A model generated the notes under the pieces. The model searched no databases, was not told where the DNA came from, and was given only the letters and a program-made list of their open reading frames with translations. A DNA stretch of 60,284 nt, filler included, from Sphacelaria rigidula (taxonomy: Eukaryota): NCBI GenBank assembly GCA_964200075.2. It is 10 parts of 10 records of this genome, joined end to end, with 100 filler letters (N's around TTAATTAATTAA, not from the genome) between each part and the next. Parts side by side here need not be neighbours in the genome. Positions count along the whole stretch, not along the records: positions 18,118 to 24,056 come from CAXNAA020023331.1; positions 24,157 to 30,094 come from CAXNAA020023332.1; positions 30,195 to 36,132 come from CAXNAA020023333.1; positions 36,233 to 42,170 come from CAXNAA020023334.1; 6 more parts are not named here. One strand, given 5' to 3'. The position numbers and the translations under genes are program-made. Shown piece by piece: positions 23,824 through 37,537 of this stretch. Numbering within the stretch: the first letter of the stretch is position 1; the number at the start of each line of letters is the position of its first letter.

Positions 23824-23893
23824 GCCCCGGTGACTCAGTTGGTAACCTCGCAACCTTCCGGTGGTTGAGTTGTGGGGTTCGATTCCCAGAGCG
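23824..23893 (+). mobile_element. tRNA-derived head (probable SINE or tRNA pseudogene)
   Basis: gccccggTGACTCAGTTGGTA (A-box-like) and GGTTCGATTCCC (B-box) at tRNA-like spacing; anticodon and acceptor stems do not fold convincingly. Confidence 0.55.
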
Positions 23894-25099
23894 ATCTGGG
23901 ATTTTTTCTTACACCATGCCTACCGGTGGAGAGCGACTGTGTTGTCGTGGGTACAAAAAATTCGACTTCACGGTTGACGAGGGAAAGGGGCGGCTGAACC
24001 CCTCTCGCGATGAAAAATAAAGGCAAGCACCGCAGCAGGAAGGTGGGGTACTAAAANNNNNNNNNNNNNNNNNNNNNNNNNNNNNNNNNNNNNNNNNNNN
24101 TTAATTAATTAANNNNNNNNNNNNNNNNNNNNNNNNNNNNNNNNNNNNNNNNNNNNTTTTGCGCACGAATTTTGTTCAAGCGGCCAACTCGAAACCTCGG
24201 AGCCAAGCGAATCTGAAAAGCAGACTAGGCTCCTCTCTGTGGGATGATGCAAAGTGTCCAAGACGTGTGTTGGCGATTTTCCCTTTTTGGGGTTCAAAAA
24301 GAGGCTCAAATGTCCCAAAAGTGAACAGTACCTGGGCCAAAAATCTGTTTGCCATAACATCCGGCCTAAGAAGTAACATTCAGATAGATGATGAGCTGTC
24401 CGACGTGTGGGCCTATTAGTTATGGCTTTCAGTTGAATGGTCAGACAGACCAACAGGGAGCAGAGGTTACTTCGGTGGTACCATGACCTGGCACTGCTCT
24501 GAACTGTGCCCTGCACGTTCAATTCTTGAACAAGGCGTTAGCCTCATACTATCGCGCCATTATGGGGAAGAATGAGGGCGATAACGACTGAAAAAACCCA
24601 TGCAGGAGAAGAACAAAATGCCGAGGAATGATGAACACGGCATTAGCTCTTCCGAGTAAAACATGAGCGTTCGTCCCTAATTAACTTGGTTTTAGTATGT
24701 AACAGTCTAGGACGGTGCAACACTTTCATCGCATTTTCCTCGACACAGGAAACAAGTCGGCCTTTGGCACTTTACAGCCCCCCGTGCGCACACACACATA
24801 AAGTATGGGATCATATTTGTCAAAGTTGCTCAAACGGCCACAGCGGACCCAAGAAGCCCCTAAAATAGCAAAAAAACAGGCTTTTTGAGTACATTTTGGT
24901 TTGGGTCAGCGTTTGTGGAACATGTGGTTGAGGAAGGTTGCCATTGATTCCCCAATTTGGATGTGTGGCAAGCATACGGAAGGAACCGCAGTTCAATCCT
25001 CTGTTTGGTTGCCGAGGAATCCGCATTAAAATAGTGGCATCTTTGAGGTTGGGGACCAGCGGCATCTTGGCGGTACAAGCAGTATGACAGGGAAACGTT

Positions 25100-25830
25100 T
25101 CACGGTTTGGACGAATCATGGCCGATCCAAATCACCAAATCCATAATTTCTTAGTCCTGGTTGCTCGAAAGAGATGAAAATGTCGACCGGTGGTCAAACA
25201 GGTCTCCACGCAACTTTTGCGCCATTCCACGTGCCTGGGCTGCGCGTACCTGGGTTGCAACGCTGAAAACAAAGCCTAAGGCTACGTCTTATGTATCGAA
25301 AAGTAAAACTTGTTGAAAAGTGCTGTTTTAGCCCTTCTCCGTCGTTTTTGTCCCCCAAAGAGGGCTAGGCGGATGTGGACACCTTGGAATGACTTGCTCT
25401 ACTCGCTGAGACCGTTCCAGAGGACCTTTGCGTTTTCTGTAGGTCACAGTTTCGTTCTTGGCCAACAATGAATTTTGAATTAACAAATGGTCGAGTTATA
25501 AAAAAAATAGCAGTTTTCCCCCTGTTTTTCGATAACTTGACCGTTTGTTATTGAAAATTCATTGTTGGCCAAGAACGAAACTGTGACCTACAGAAAACGC
25601 AAAGGTGCTGTCGAACGGTCTCAGCGAGTAGAGCAAGTCATTCCAAGGTGTCCACATCCGCCTAGCCCTCTTTTGGAGACAAAAACGACGGAGAAGGGCC
25701 AAAAAAGCACTTTTCAACAACTTTTACTTTTCGATACATAAGAAGTAGCCTAAGGATTGATTCGTACGGTACGAATCAATTTCACTCAAATCAAGTAATT
25801 TCCGGACAATTCATTAATTCGTCCGACCCT
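25100..25830. mobile_element. Terminal part of a DNA-transposon-like host element (end AGGGTCGGACGAATTAATGA), interrupted by a MITE; uninterrupted copy at 35182-35420
   Basis: Sequence on both sides of the MITE joins into the reverse complement of 35182-35420; both copies abut TGA/TCA. Confidence 0.8.
25280..25750. mobile_element. PIF/Harbinger-type foldback MITE, 471 bp, TAA target-site duplication
   Basis: TAA|GGCTACGTCTTATGTATCGAAAAGTAAAA ... TTTTACTTTTCGATACATAAGAAGTAGCC|TAA; ~230-bp near-perfect inverted arms with a ~11-nt loop. Confidence 0.92.
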
Positions 25831-27746
25831 TGAAACGTTTGCTGCTCCTGCTGTTGTGTGTGGCGGACACTACTACTTTTGCGGCTCGTATTATTGTCTC
25901 ATGGTTTTTCGAAAATGCGGTAAACGTGGGGTGGTAGCTGACGGCCGCGTGCTTCTCGAGTGCTACAGCAACAAACCGCAGCAGTCTCCAGTGCAACAGG
26001 AGCAGCAGCCTCTATCCTCCTCTTGTGGTGCCCCTGTGTACAGATGCAGATGTACAGCAACGTCAGTCACCGGCTTGTTACTGAAATGTACTATTTTTTC
26101 TTTCGTACATTTCATGTGTGCCAGGTCGTTATTTTGAGGTGCGCGTGTACTTGTGATTGATGCTGATTGGCTCGTTTAGGCTTCATTTCTTCTGTAGACA
26201 GGTGTCGATTCACACTTTCCCGAAATACAGTGCCCAAAATCGGCCTTATCCCCCCCCCCATACCTGAAATGTACGTCGGAGAACAGGGTTCATTCCCGAA
26301 ACGCACATCGGCTGTGTATACTCGGGCAACAGCGCCTCTTTTTTTGTTATGAACATAGGGTAGGGAAGGAGAATGGAGGGAAAACTGAGTGTTTTTTTCA
26401 TGTTCTTTCCTATAGAAGAAGAATGTACGCACTATAGGAGGCGACACTCACAAGAGCGTGCAATGGTGCAAAGGTCGAAGTCTCTGCTTCAGGAGCAAAC
26501 TATGGGGTGTTCAGAACAAACAGTTCCGGGTCATGATCTCACCAGAGACCTCCGGAGACCCAGCTGCTAAAAGCCGCTACCCGCTACGTCTCACAATGAG
26601 CGCCGAGTGTGGTGGTTCCTTCTATTATTGGCAATGAGCAGGATTGGTCTTCCTTTTGCCGTCCGAATCCCGTATTGCGGCACAATTTAAACGAACTAGC
26701 TTCTTTCGGGGTTCCGTTACGGAATAGTTTTTATTGGTGGAAAGACACGAACGCCTGAATGAAAAAGGAAAGATGGCCATGGCCGTTGTCGCCGCCGTTG
26801 CCACATGTACTGAGGGTCATTGGTCACTTTTACTCTAAGCCACAGCCAATAAGCAGTCGGTGCATTGCCGCTTCGGGACGACAGCAAGACTGTGTAAGCG
26901 GTGATCATGCCCGCAGTACACATGGTCATCATGCATGAACGTACTGAGATGTCAACACATCATCATCCTGGATAAAAAAATATTATGTTTGGCAAAAAAC
27001 AAAAGTATACCTCCTACATTCAGTATCGTTTTTTGTTTTTTGTTTTGAATTTACTATATATTCTATACTGTAAGTAGCACATTTGTTTTTGCCAGTGTTG
27101 TGTTTGGCAGGGTGTGCAACTCACGAACACACCACAATGACTCATAATATAGGAATAAACGTTCAAACCGCCCCTTGCAATTATGGTGAGGTGTCCGTGC
27201 TGCACGCCTATTGGCTGAAACCTTTACTTTGGCCCCATCACTCCTGCGAACTGCTCATGCGCATCAAGCGTCCATGTACGCCTACAAACACTATTCCCCA
27301 GAATACCTCGGGGGACCGTGAGTAGATTAAATCTCGGAGCAGAAACCGTGAGGGGGAGGGAGTGGGGGTTTAAAAAGGGCTATAATAGAGTACACCTTTG
27401 AAATACTTGATTATGCTTCATGGAGTGCGTGTTGACACGTCTGATAAGTACATGCTGATATGCTTGGTGAAAATGTGAAAATCGATGTGCTTGATTATTG
27501 ATAAGGTACATATTGAGATTTTTGTGCGACAGGGTAGGTTTGTTCGAGTTGCAGGGTAGGTGTCGACAAGGAATCCGATAAGGTACATGTTGATATCATA
27601 GGCTTGATAAAAGGTACGTGTTGATGTACTTGTTCGACGGGGTACATGGTTCTGGATTCAACAGGGCACATGACGTCCGTTCAGTAGGGTTGTATGTCGG
27701 TATCATTAAACATCGGGGAGGTGTATAACATACTTCGTATAAATTA

Positions 27747-28311
27747 CCACCTCTGTCCGGAAATATAAGATCGGTTCGGATAAGATGCTCAGTGAATCCA
27801 CCTGTCCACGAAAAATTGGGACGGGAGTCCGATTATCACCTACGAGTAAAAAAAACATCCTTTTTTCCTCGAAAATATCACTTTTTTTTCCAATCTGTTT
27901 TTCTTCGCGCTGTTTTTTTTGCTTCAAAGGTGCGGATTTTTGGCACCCTGTATTTTTGCTCCCGGCCAAAAGGGAAGATGTTTTTTTGTCAAATTGCCGG
28001 TCTGCAGCATGCTCTATATAGCCAAGATTATACCTCAAAAAAGAGATTATAAAAACAATTTGTCTTCGCTGCATAGGGGAGAAAAAACGACATTCGAGTT
28101 TCCTCACTGACCAGATCCTCGGAAAATCCGTCCGGAGAAAAAGACAATTATTCGGATGGGGCGCTGTTGTAGGCCATATCTTCCATTTGTATACCGATGG
28201 GAGCACGGCAAAAAAGATGGTGCGAAAATACCTCTTGTAACCCCCTCCGCGACAAAACCGATCTTATATTTCGCATATCCTAACCGATCTTATATTTCCG
28301 GACAGCGGGAG
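27747..28311. mobile_element. Tc1/mariner (Stowaway-like) MITE with TA TSD
   Basis: TA|CCACCTCTGTCCGGAAATATAAGATCGGTT ... AACCGATCTTATATTTCCGGACAGCGGGAG|TA. Confidence 0.85.
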
Positions 28312-28431
28312 TATGTGCTTGTATATCGGAGATCGACGAAGCCGGTATACTGTAACGATGTGTTTTCGATATATCGGCGAAAAATTATCGGCATGTTTGA
28401 TTGTTTTGATTCATTGATTGTCGCACATTAG

Positions 28432-28580
28432 CCCTTTGGTAACCAGGCCCCCCAGTAAGTGCTGATTTTTGTTTTAGTGGATCGGCATCATTTTCAGTCA
28501 TTTTCAAGTCAAATTATGCCGATTCCCAAAGATTCCCAAATATTCTCAAAACAAGAATCAGCACTCTAGTTCCCAAAGGG
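28432..28580. mobile_element. piggyBac-like MITE (~150 bp)
   Basis: ttag|CCCTTTGGTAAC...agtgctgatttttgtttt / aaaacaagaatcagcact...GTTCCCAAAGGG|ttca; flanks resemble decayed TTAA. Confidence 0.6.
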
Positions 28581-28888
28581 TTCATTGACCCGCCGGGGGT
28601 GCAGCCGTGGTGTCCACATCGAAAGAATATCGGCGAGCGAAGCGAGCAGGCCGCCGTAGGCTGGAAAATGGGAGCGTCTTCGCTCCATCTCTGGTAAAAT
28701 TTGGCCTAAAGTGGATGTAACACCCCCTCCCCCATACTATCGGTCGAGCTAGAACGATCGGTCCAATGTTTACATGTTCGATAAATCCGTATCATCCCCC
28801 CGGGTGCGCCCCCATTTCAAGAATATAGTGTGAGAAGCCTCTCAATAATTGCTTCTATCTTTTATGTGAGGAGTAGTGGTGATGTTAC

Positions 28889-28970
28889 TGGAAAGGCGAG
28901 CCCACGTCTGTGACCACGGGTTCGAGAGATCGGGCTAGATACTGTGCGGAAATGATGATGATAATAATAA
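28889..28970 (+). mobile_element. Retroposon-like 3' end with (AAT/GAT)n tail; second copy at 50769-50842
   Basis: ggaaaggcgagcc.acgtctgtgacca.gggttcg.gagatcgg...tgtgcggaaAT(A/G)AT... in both copies. Confidence 0.65.
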
Positions 28971-29357
28971 CAAAATAAATGGTTATGTGGAAGTCGTGAG
29001 ACTCCCGGTGACGGTAGAAACCGTCGAAGGTGGCCGATGATTTCCCTCGGGTTATGTAGTCAAGGATTGACCGTAAGTCGTGGGGTTGAGGCAAAGTGGA
29101 TCACTTGGGAAAGCTCGACGAGCGCGAGCGAGTTAGCCCGATGACGCAGTCTGAGAGTCTTGGTCAAGAGTGATGCCCAGGGATTGTCAGCAGCCCGCTG
29201 GGGAGATCCCTGTTACCTTGGGGTCCCAGATTCAGCTGTACAGATATGGAAGTTTCGGGGCTCCTGCGAACTTACCCCTGTATCAGCCGTTCACTAGGTT
29301 TACACGTCATAAAAGGAAATCTCTCCGCACATGCCCAAATGGCGATCTCCACAGTTA

Positions 29358-29810
29358 CAATGATAGTAGTAGTAATAATAATGGTCATAATAATAATAAT
29401 AATAATGATGATAATAATGATGATAATAGTAATAATGATCATGATAATGATAATAATAATGATGATGATGATAATAATCATAATGAAAGTGATAATGATA
29501 ATGATAATGATAATAATGACAATAACAATATAATATAATACGTATAAAATAGTAACGATACCGATGTTGATAATGATATTAATGATGGTAAGATAGTAAT
29601 AATGGTGATGATAATAATGATGATGGTAAGTTTCACATACCAAATGATAAGAACGATAACGATAATGACAATGATAACGATAGTTTTGATATTTACAATG
29701 ATGATAGTGATGATAATAATCATGTTGATGATGATGGCAATAATAATGGAATAATGATATAATACTCCGGAGTAGTAATAATAATAGTAATAATAACAGA
29801 AGCAAAAATA
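29358..29810. repeat. Degenerate (AAT/GAT)n low-complexity tract
   Basis: Direct observation. Confidence 0.95.
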
Positions 29811-29997
29811 ACAGCGACAACAAGTCGTAAAGTTGTGGGTGAAAGTCCAGCTCCTCATTTTCAGTCGAGGTGAGTTCTCTCCGGGTCAGGCTATAGTTTG
29901 AGTCACGTCGAAGGGTTGTGTAATTCCACTGTGTGGTACTACTAAAATACTGGCGATATACTTTTTCGTACTGCTTCGTTGTTCGCACACATCATCC

Positions 29998-30039
<42 letters not shown>

Positions 30040-33000
30040 TTTTTTTTCCCCTCTTTTCTTCCTCCTTTTTTCCTTTCTTTTTTTTTTTTTTTTTNNNNNN
30101 NNNNNNNNNNNNNNNNNNNNNNNNNNNNNNNNNNNNNNTTAATTAATTAANNNNNNNNNNNNNNNNNNNNNNNNNNNNNNNNNNNNNNNNNNNNTGTGTT
30201 GTTTTGATTTTTTGGGGCCACTTCTTGCGCGAAATTCCAAGTCAAATCGTCGTTGAAAGGAGCAACGGTTGTTCAAACGAGCTTGCTATAGATACACGAC
30301 GCTCAATAATACTGCTCGACACCGTTTTCAACCAAATACAAGCGCACCACGAGGGTGGCAGGTCGTCCGACACGCCTATTGACCAATTTTTTTCGTGCAA
30401 TGAAATACCCCCCACCCCCCCCCCATCGTACCATGACTCGATTCTTGCTTGCCACGTATTTTGCATCTACTGCATGCTGAACGTAACTTTTGTGTCGATA
30501 TTTTGTACCTTCACGTTGACGCCGGTGATGGCGAATCTCTCAGGTGCGCTCCGGACAAATTCGTTGCTTGTTTGAAGGGCTCCGAGAAAAAAATTGCCAG
30601 CCATTTTGGTCACTGAAATATTATATTTTGCATGATGTACAAATACTACAATACTGAGAGCAATATGTTTTGCATTGCAACATTTGAATCATCGTCGTCG
30701 CCTCTCACCCATCGTTTCCCAGCAAGTACGAACACTGACAAAAACGGCGTCATCTTGTGAATGGCGAAATACGTGTATCTTTCAATGCATCGAAAAATAT
30801 ACCTGCATATCTATTTTGCGGAGATGACACGTGCCGCACTCTCCGCTTCGATCGTGTACAAATAAATCCAAATTCAAGCTCTGATCCCGCAGAAAGCTGC
30901 AGCCATTGCCACTCGAACACTTTCTTCGCCGAAGCAACGGAATTTTCTCCCAAGCCCAAACGGAGATAGTCACGAGTATATTATGGATGATAACCCACTC
31001 CCGCTGAAAACATCAAGTGACTGCTGCTTTGATGTACACATGGCTTGTGACACGACTTGCACACTACTACCACACGGTCCACCGACTGACTCACTAATGG
31101 CAAGGGCCCGCTGAGCAAGGTTTTGGCGCATACAAGTACCGCCCTCCACGTCGATCCTTCGCTCGTCTCCCCAGAGATTCATTAAAAAGAAGAGACCGAA
31201 TCGGAGAAGGAAAGGCAACTCCAAAAATATCTGTATCCCGCGCACCCTGCACATACATTCATTTATGTTTCCTTGTGACATGCAATGCAGTACAATACAG
31301 TACAAATATTGCTCAAGGCTGAGAAGGAGAAAAAAAAACATGAAATGAACGCTAACGCACTTCGTCACACTTCACTTCTCCTCAATCTCCAAGACGTGAG
31401 ACCTTTTTATTTGACATAGAATTTTCATCATGCATGGGGACAAAACTAAATACGGATGATTCGCGAAGGTTCCAACACAAAAAACATATCATCATCGGAA
31501 ATGATGTATCATCACATCTGCCTTATCGACGTCGTCATGACCTATACTACTACTACTGCGTGGATACGCTACCTATTACTCGGCCGAGCTTGGGGACAGA
31601 ATCAACGTCCTGCTTAGCTTTCAGGCTTGTGGCGCACCGTCGAGAGGGCGGGTGAAAAACAGTGCATGAAGGAAACAAAAATACCCACCCGGACAAGAAT
31701 AGAAGGGGGAAAATCACTCTTTTTCATATTTCTTGAACGGGAAAATATTCGCGGTTACATTTTGTGGGGGAGGAAACATCACAAGTACCTGCCCTCTCGT
31801 ACCCCTTTTTTCCGTTTTTGATTCACGAGATTCGACTTTTTCACGTGGATTTGCACATAAGTAACCCAAAATAAATTGATGTCACAAAAGACACTTCAGT
31901 TTTTTTTTCTCAAGTGTGAAGAAAAAAATCAGGATACACAATTACATGAGTACACCGAAATGTGTTCCTCAATTACTGTAGCTCACGCATGTCTCAAAAG
32001 TCGCGGGCAAAACTGTTTCCCAACTATAGTACGAGCATAAATAATTTCTAGCCAATACTCAACTACAGGAGGAGGAAGCGCCTGACGGCGCTGCGCGGAA
32101 CCAAAGATGAGGGTCGCGTACACGCGCTCTACTTATCGTCAACCACAAAAGTGTGGTATTTTCTGTCCCCCAACTTCATTTTCCGATTCTCCGCTCACTT
32201 TCTTGTCTCTGCACCCGCTACCCGTATCATGCATACATCCTACCCTACTGAGGTCATGTCCCGAATCGTTCAATCTCTTTCCTAGAGTTATTTGCTACAA
32301 CTGTCACACTACGACACGAAGCTGTCGGTGGCACGACTCTTGGCGTCGAACACCCCTACCCCTCAGTAAACAACGACCCGCGTCTATACATACACAGGTG
32401 TCATTACTGGTACTCGTGCATACTTCTCCGTTGCTGTTTGGCGCCCTCTTCGTCGGCGTGGCCAGACCAAAAAAAAAAAAAAAAAAAAAGGAGACGACAG
32501 CAAAATACAACAACAAAGAAACCATAGTGATCGCCCTTGCCACATGCATAGGACGTCAAAAGTACGAAAACACACGCTCGCGAGGGCGATTAGACAAGGG
32601 AAAAAAAAAAAGGCATGTTCAATAACACAGTATGTATATACTGTGCTATAATAGTGGGCAGCGGATGTGTGATACGACGACAACGCGACAACAGTTTCTA
32701 ATGCGCGGGCACGAAACAAACATTGACCACTCCGCTATTCGGCTTGCTCTCTGCGCACAGCACACACGCACAATAGCTACACTGCAGCGACAGCAGCAGC
32801 AGCAGCAGCAGCACGAACAACTGAACCGAACACACAGATCGACACCAACGACATATAGATCGCCATACACGCAGAGAACACACATCACACATCGTCAAAC
32901 CCAGTGCACGTAACAACCCATGCACGCGGCGACGCCCGACAGCGCAAAACAGTTTTGTCTCCTCGGTGTCCAAAGTTCGTGTCCGTCTATCGTTGCGCAG

Positions 33001-35534
33001 CAGCCGGCGCCTAGATGAACAAAGACCTCCGGCAAAAAGATGCCGCCGCTGCACGCCCAAGGAACATAGGGAACCCTGGACGTCGTCAATTTCATCTTGA
33101 CGAGATAGCTTCCAAAGGAAACCAGCATCGCATAGCATCAGCTGTCGAGGAAAGCGAGCTTTGAAAATCACGAGACAACTCCCGGGGAGGCGCTACACTA
33201 CTTTCACCCACCACGCGGTACTGTAGGCGCACACACAGCGCGAAACACCCCTACACCCCGCAGCTCCCTCCTCCGTTTGTTTTACCCTGTTCGCTTATTA
33301 CGCGAAGAAATCTACATACACACGGCAGAACAATTCATCGTCACCATCATGACGATCATCAACCCCCGGAATTTGATATGTAAAAAAATACGAAACAAAT
33401 AACTAGGCGTGTGTGTGACACTGGAACAGAATTTGCGTTATTTTTTCCGTCCAGCGAAAGTGCGATGTACCAATGACTACATGTGTGCGTACGTGAACGT
33501 ATACAACTGTGCTCTGCTGTCGTATAGGACACCAGCACAGAGTGCCTGCCAACTTTGTTACGAGGACAAACGGAGATACTTCCCACAGAATCCACGTCAC
33601 CATCATCCTGTCGCGGCTATTTTTGGGAAGATATCGAGGGAAATAACATATACAAAAGACATATTGGAAGAAATTAAATCCCCTCGAAAGAATGGAAATT
33701 GTATGTCATGCTCTGGTTCAAGAAACAAGATAGTACGAAACGCAACGTGCGCCTTGATGGCGAAGAAAAAGAAGAAAAAAAAACACGCACGTACGCGCGT
33801 GAAGTCTGAGTTGGGTCGAGCGAACCATGTTCGAAAAAAAAAGGAACAACACGTACGCGCGTTAAAGTTAAAATTGGAGGCGTTACTCACGAATCAACCC
33901 TGCTTCCAGTAACTACATTCACGGAACAGAATCCGGGAGACGCATCACGTTCGCACACACGCCTGACGTACTCTACCTACCACCTACTACTCATCTATTC
34001 CGCAATTGCGATCTATATATCTGGACGTACACCGCGTAAGATGACTGAGAGGACACAGAACAAGAAATGTTTCAGCTTTTTGAAAACGACCCATCACCAC
34101 GATATACATAGACAAATATTTAGTATTGATAACGTCGAACACAAATGACCTCATATCCTTGGCAAAGTAATGGAGAATAGCATGCAGTGCACAAATTTCA
34201 TCTACCGAGACATCTGTGCAGCGCACGCGCGTGTGTTTGCGTGATTTCACCCTGTCTTCGCGCGACCTACCGCAGCGACGGAACGCACAGATGGCAAATA
34301 GAAATAAAAATAAAACACATATGTTTTTTTACTTTTTCCTCACAAATTTAAGAGAATACATACAAACATCTATATTTGTACAAGAGAAAAAACGCTATTA
34401 TACTACACTTCTCAGTACTGTACTGTTGTGCTACACTGCACGATGCGCTACGGTGAACGGTACTGTACTTGTTGATGAACGGGAAATATACATGTATATA
34501 AATAATATATCGTCAAGCTCCCAAGATTCCCAACTCTGTTTGACCCCCAAGCGCCAGAGCAAAATTGCAAAAAAAAAAAACGCAAAAAGCTCAAGTTACA
34601 CGGATATTATACTGCGTGTCCCACGGCGTCGCCATATACTTTTAGTAGTAGTAATGTTATTATTTCCGCATATTAGCCCGATCTCTCGAATCCGCGGTCA
34701 TAGACGTAGTCTCGTCTTTCCAATACCATCCCTGCTATTCCTTTCAAAAAATGGAGCTCTCGAAACGAACATACACACGCATTCAAGGCGGTCCATAACA
34801 CAGCAGATGCATCCCCTTCCCCTCCCCGAGCCTTAAATCCAGGGAGGCCGACGGTAGCGGGTGTCAGGACCGCTAAAAATCTACGAGAACAACACTACCA
34901 AAAGCCGTCAGTCGGGATACGCTTGCCACTGGAAACAACGTCTGGAAAAAGATACGCAGAGGCACACTACAGCACCGGAGGCAAAGGCAAGATCTCAAAG
35001 TCAAAACTTCCGGGAGCGAAGACTGTAACCGGCGAAAAATAATACCGGGTGCAGTACTCACTTAGAATGAACACACGCGTGGACGACCAACATAAATCAA
35101 AGGGGCAGATGGGGGAGGAGGGGTGGGAGATACTACTGTAAGCACTACTGTATACGTAAATATGTAGCATATAAGGATTCAAGGGTCGGACGAATTAATG
35201 ATTCGTCCGGAAATTACTTAATTTTAGTGTGATTCGTACCGTACGAATCAATCCTCACGCTTTGTTTTCAGCGTTGCAACCCAGGTTCGCGCAGCCCAGG
35301 CACGTGGAATGGCGCAAAAGTTGCGTGGAGACCTGTTTGACCAGCGGTCGATTTTTTTTCTCTTCTGATCAATGAGGCCTAGGAAATCGTGGTTTGGTGA
35401 TTCGAACCGGCGATGATTGAGGCTTTTATTACATATCCTCAGTTGCATATGTGTACAATACTCCACACGGACGTCGACACCGTTGGCGCTTGCCATTCTT
35501 CTTCTTGTTGCCGTCGCTGTTAACGCCGTCGATA

Positions 35535-35572
<38 letters not shown>

Positions 35573-35580
35573 ACCACCTT

Positions 35581-35634
35581 TCACCCTTCAAGGAAGGGGT
35601 ATACCACCTTGAAGCCGACGAACATGAGGGTTAC
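35581..35634 (-). CDS. Possible terminal coding exon of an unidentified gene (VTLMFVGFKVVYPFLEG*)
   Basis: Pyrimidine-rich acceptor tttcttcgccatccAG|, 17 codons then TGA, followed by a (CAG)n-containing UTR-like region; too short to assign a family. Confidence 0.35.
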   Translation of the reverse strand, partial: VTLMFVGFKVVYPFLEG

Positions 35635-35781
35635 CTGGATGGCGAAGAAACGACACGAGCATCGCAACCATACACCGAGGGTACGGTTAGTGTAAAGACG
35701 TGGCGAGGGTAGGGCGGTGAAGAAAGGAGAGCACATAGGAGGGCGGGCTGGGGGCGGGCTGGGAGGGGGTGGGGGAGGGGG

Positions 35782-36132
35782 GTGTACTCATGATCATGCA
35801 TGCCATAGTCATGTGACCATTGACCTCGCATCCCCAGAAAGCCAGGACGGAGCACACCGGGTTTTCGCCGGCCAGGCTCGCAGTCAAATCACCAAGTGCG
35901 ACGCACCGTGGTGTGTTCGGCGAGTGGCATAAAGGGTGAGCTCCATCCTGCTAAGATCGTTCGCCCCGAAGCCTACTGATTCATCTTGCATTTGGATGAC
36001 AGCCTACAATGAGTTGCTTCATTTTCTGGTATCGCCACTTCCAGAGACAGCCACGGCTTATACACCACCTCCTGGGTGTCTCACCATGCAAGCACTACGT
36101 AGTATGACCATCCCCTTTGTGCGGAGTTGAGG
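35782..36132 (-). mobile_element. Copy of the ~570-bp poly(C)-anchored element, truncated by the contig end
   Basis: G-rich run then GTGTACTCATGATCATGCATGCCATAGTCA...; colinear with 7806-8150. Confidence 0.88.
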
Positions 36133-36232
36133 NNNNNNNNNNNNNNNNNNNNNNNNNNNNNNNNNNNNNNNNNNNNTTAATTAATTAANNNNNNNNNNNN
36201 NNNNNNNNNNNNNNNNNNNNNNNNNNNNNNNN

Positions 36233-36280
36233 TACAAAGCCGGGACGGAGCACGCCGGGTTCTCGCCGGACCAGGCTACG
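36233..36280 (-). mobile_element. Terminal direct-repeat end of the ~570-bp element followed by a G-run
   Basis: tacaaagccgggacggagcacgccgggttctcgccggaccaggctacgtGGGGGG. Confidence 0.8.
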
Positions 36281-36352
36281 TGGGGGGAGGGGGGGGGATA
36301 ATAGTCCGAAAAACCCGTGGAGCGTTTGAAGTATACTCTTCCCACCCTATAC

Positions 36353-37084
36353 CTATCGTTGAAACGACTCGCCTTGGGTGCCGCCCCCGTAGCGCTGTCC
36401 CTTTCGCCGCCGCCAGCGATCCTAGCAGCGGTCGCGTCTTCTTGAGCACGTGGTCGCGGCTTGGGTACAAAGTCACCAACAAACATCTCAACAATTTGTA
36501 TAGCCGTCTGCTGTATGACTGCACCGGCGGTGCTGCACTCGTGACTGCGATGAGATACAGTGTCGTTGTTATGGTCCTTATGAGTGCCGCCGCCGTCGCC
36601 GCCGCCGCTAGCTACCGGGTTGTTATATCCGCCGGACTCTTGCATCCGCTTGGTGCCGTTACGGCAGTCCGCGATACGCTCGGCTGCTGTCCGCTGGGCT
36701 TCGATACGTAGCCGTTGAACCTCCAACCAGCCGACCTCTTTTCGTCGGGGGCCATTATTCCTGGCGGCACCGCCGTTACCCCCCTTGACAGCGTCTGGTA
36801 GGCCCGTGTGATTTTTGCAGCCGTTTGAGGCTCTGCCGCCGCCCTTCCCAATGTTTGTAGCGCTACTGCTGCTGTTGTTGTTAATGCTGCTGTTGTTGTT
36901 GCTGTTGTTGTTGCTGTTGTTGTTGCTGCTGTGGATATATCCAATCGCAGAAAAACCACGCGGTTGATTCGTATCGTTACTGCCGTGCCCGCGGGGTCGG
37001 CGCTTGGGTCGAGGGCCAAGCCCCGTGCGGAGTGATAATACTTCTTCGGCGCTCATACTTGCGCGTTCATCTTCTTCCCTTGCC
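36353..37084 (-). CDS. Uncharacterised coiled-coil protein, exon 5 of 5 visible (low complexity, Asn/Ser repeat)
   Basis: gcAG| acceptor in phase 2 with the previous exon; AREEDERASMSAEEVLSLR...; probable donor AG|GTatag (less certain than the acceptor). Confidence 0.7.
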
Positions 37085-37537
37085 CTGCTTGCAGCAAAAA
37101 GAAGAAGGAGAATCTCGCCATCGTTTGACTAAATGATAGGAAATATGATTTCTGATTCATTTTCCATGGGATTGTGATTCTAGAAGACGGGCGTGTGCGA
37201 CGGCATGGCAGGGTGGAGGGTAAATGATGCATGTATAAAAAAGGTTCGATCACTCGAGAGTCCTACATTGTGACGGGCGCCCCTTCACCGAAATCATTAC
37301 TTCCCTCACCGCTTTGTATTTTTTATCGATAGAACTTTGGCATGCAGCAGTGGCTTTGTCCGTTCGACTGTTTTCTGCAAGAGAAAGCGTGAATCTGCTG
37401 TAAACACAAGGGGCACAATCTTTTATACCTCATTTTGTCCTCTCGACGGGTTTTCAACAAAAACAACATGAGAATCCCACATAAGTAGGTACCAGAAAAA
37501 TAGCATCCTTGCTTTGCACGACTGAACGACATAATAA

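Noticed and set aside
29170..29988. Poly-Asn/Asp and poly-Ile ORFs
   Set aside because: Translations of an (AAT/GAT)n tract
35782..36297. Apparent continuity of the ~570-bp element across the spacer at 36133-36232 (and LINE tails either side of 42171-42270)
   Set aside because: Neighbouring contigs are ordered by size; both simply break at the same abundant repeats
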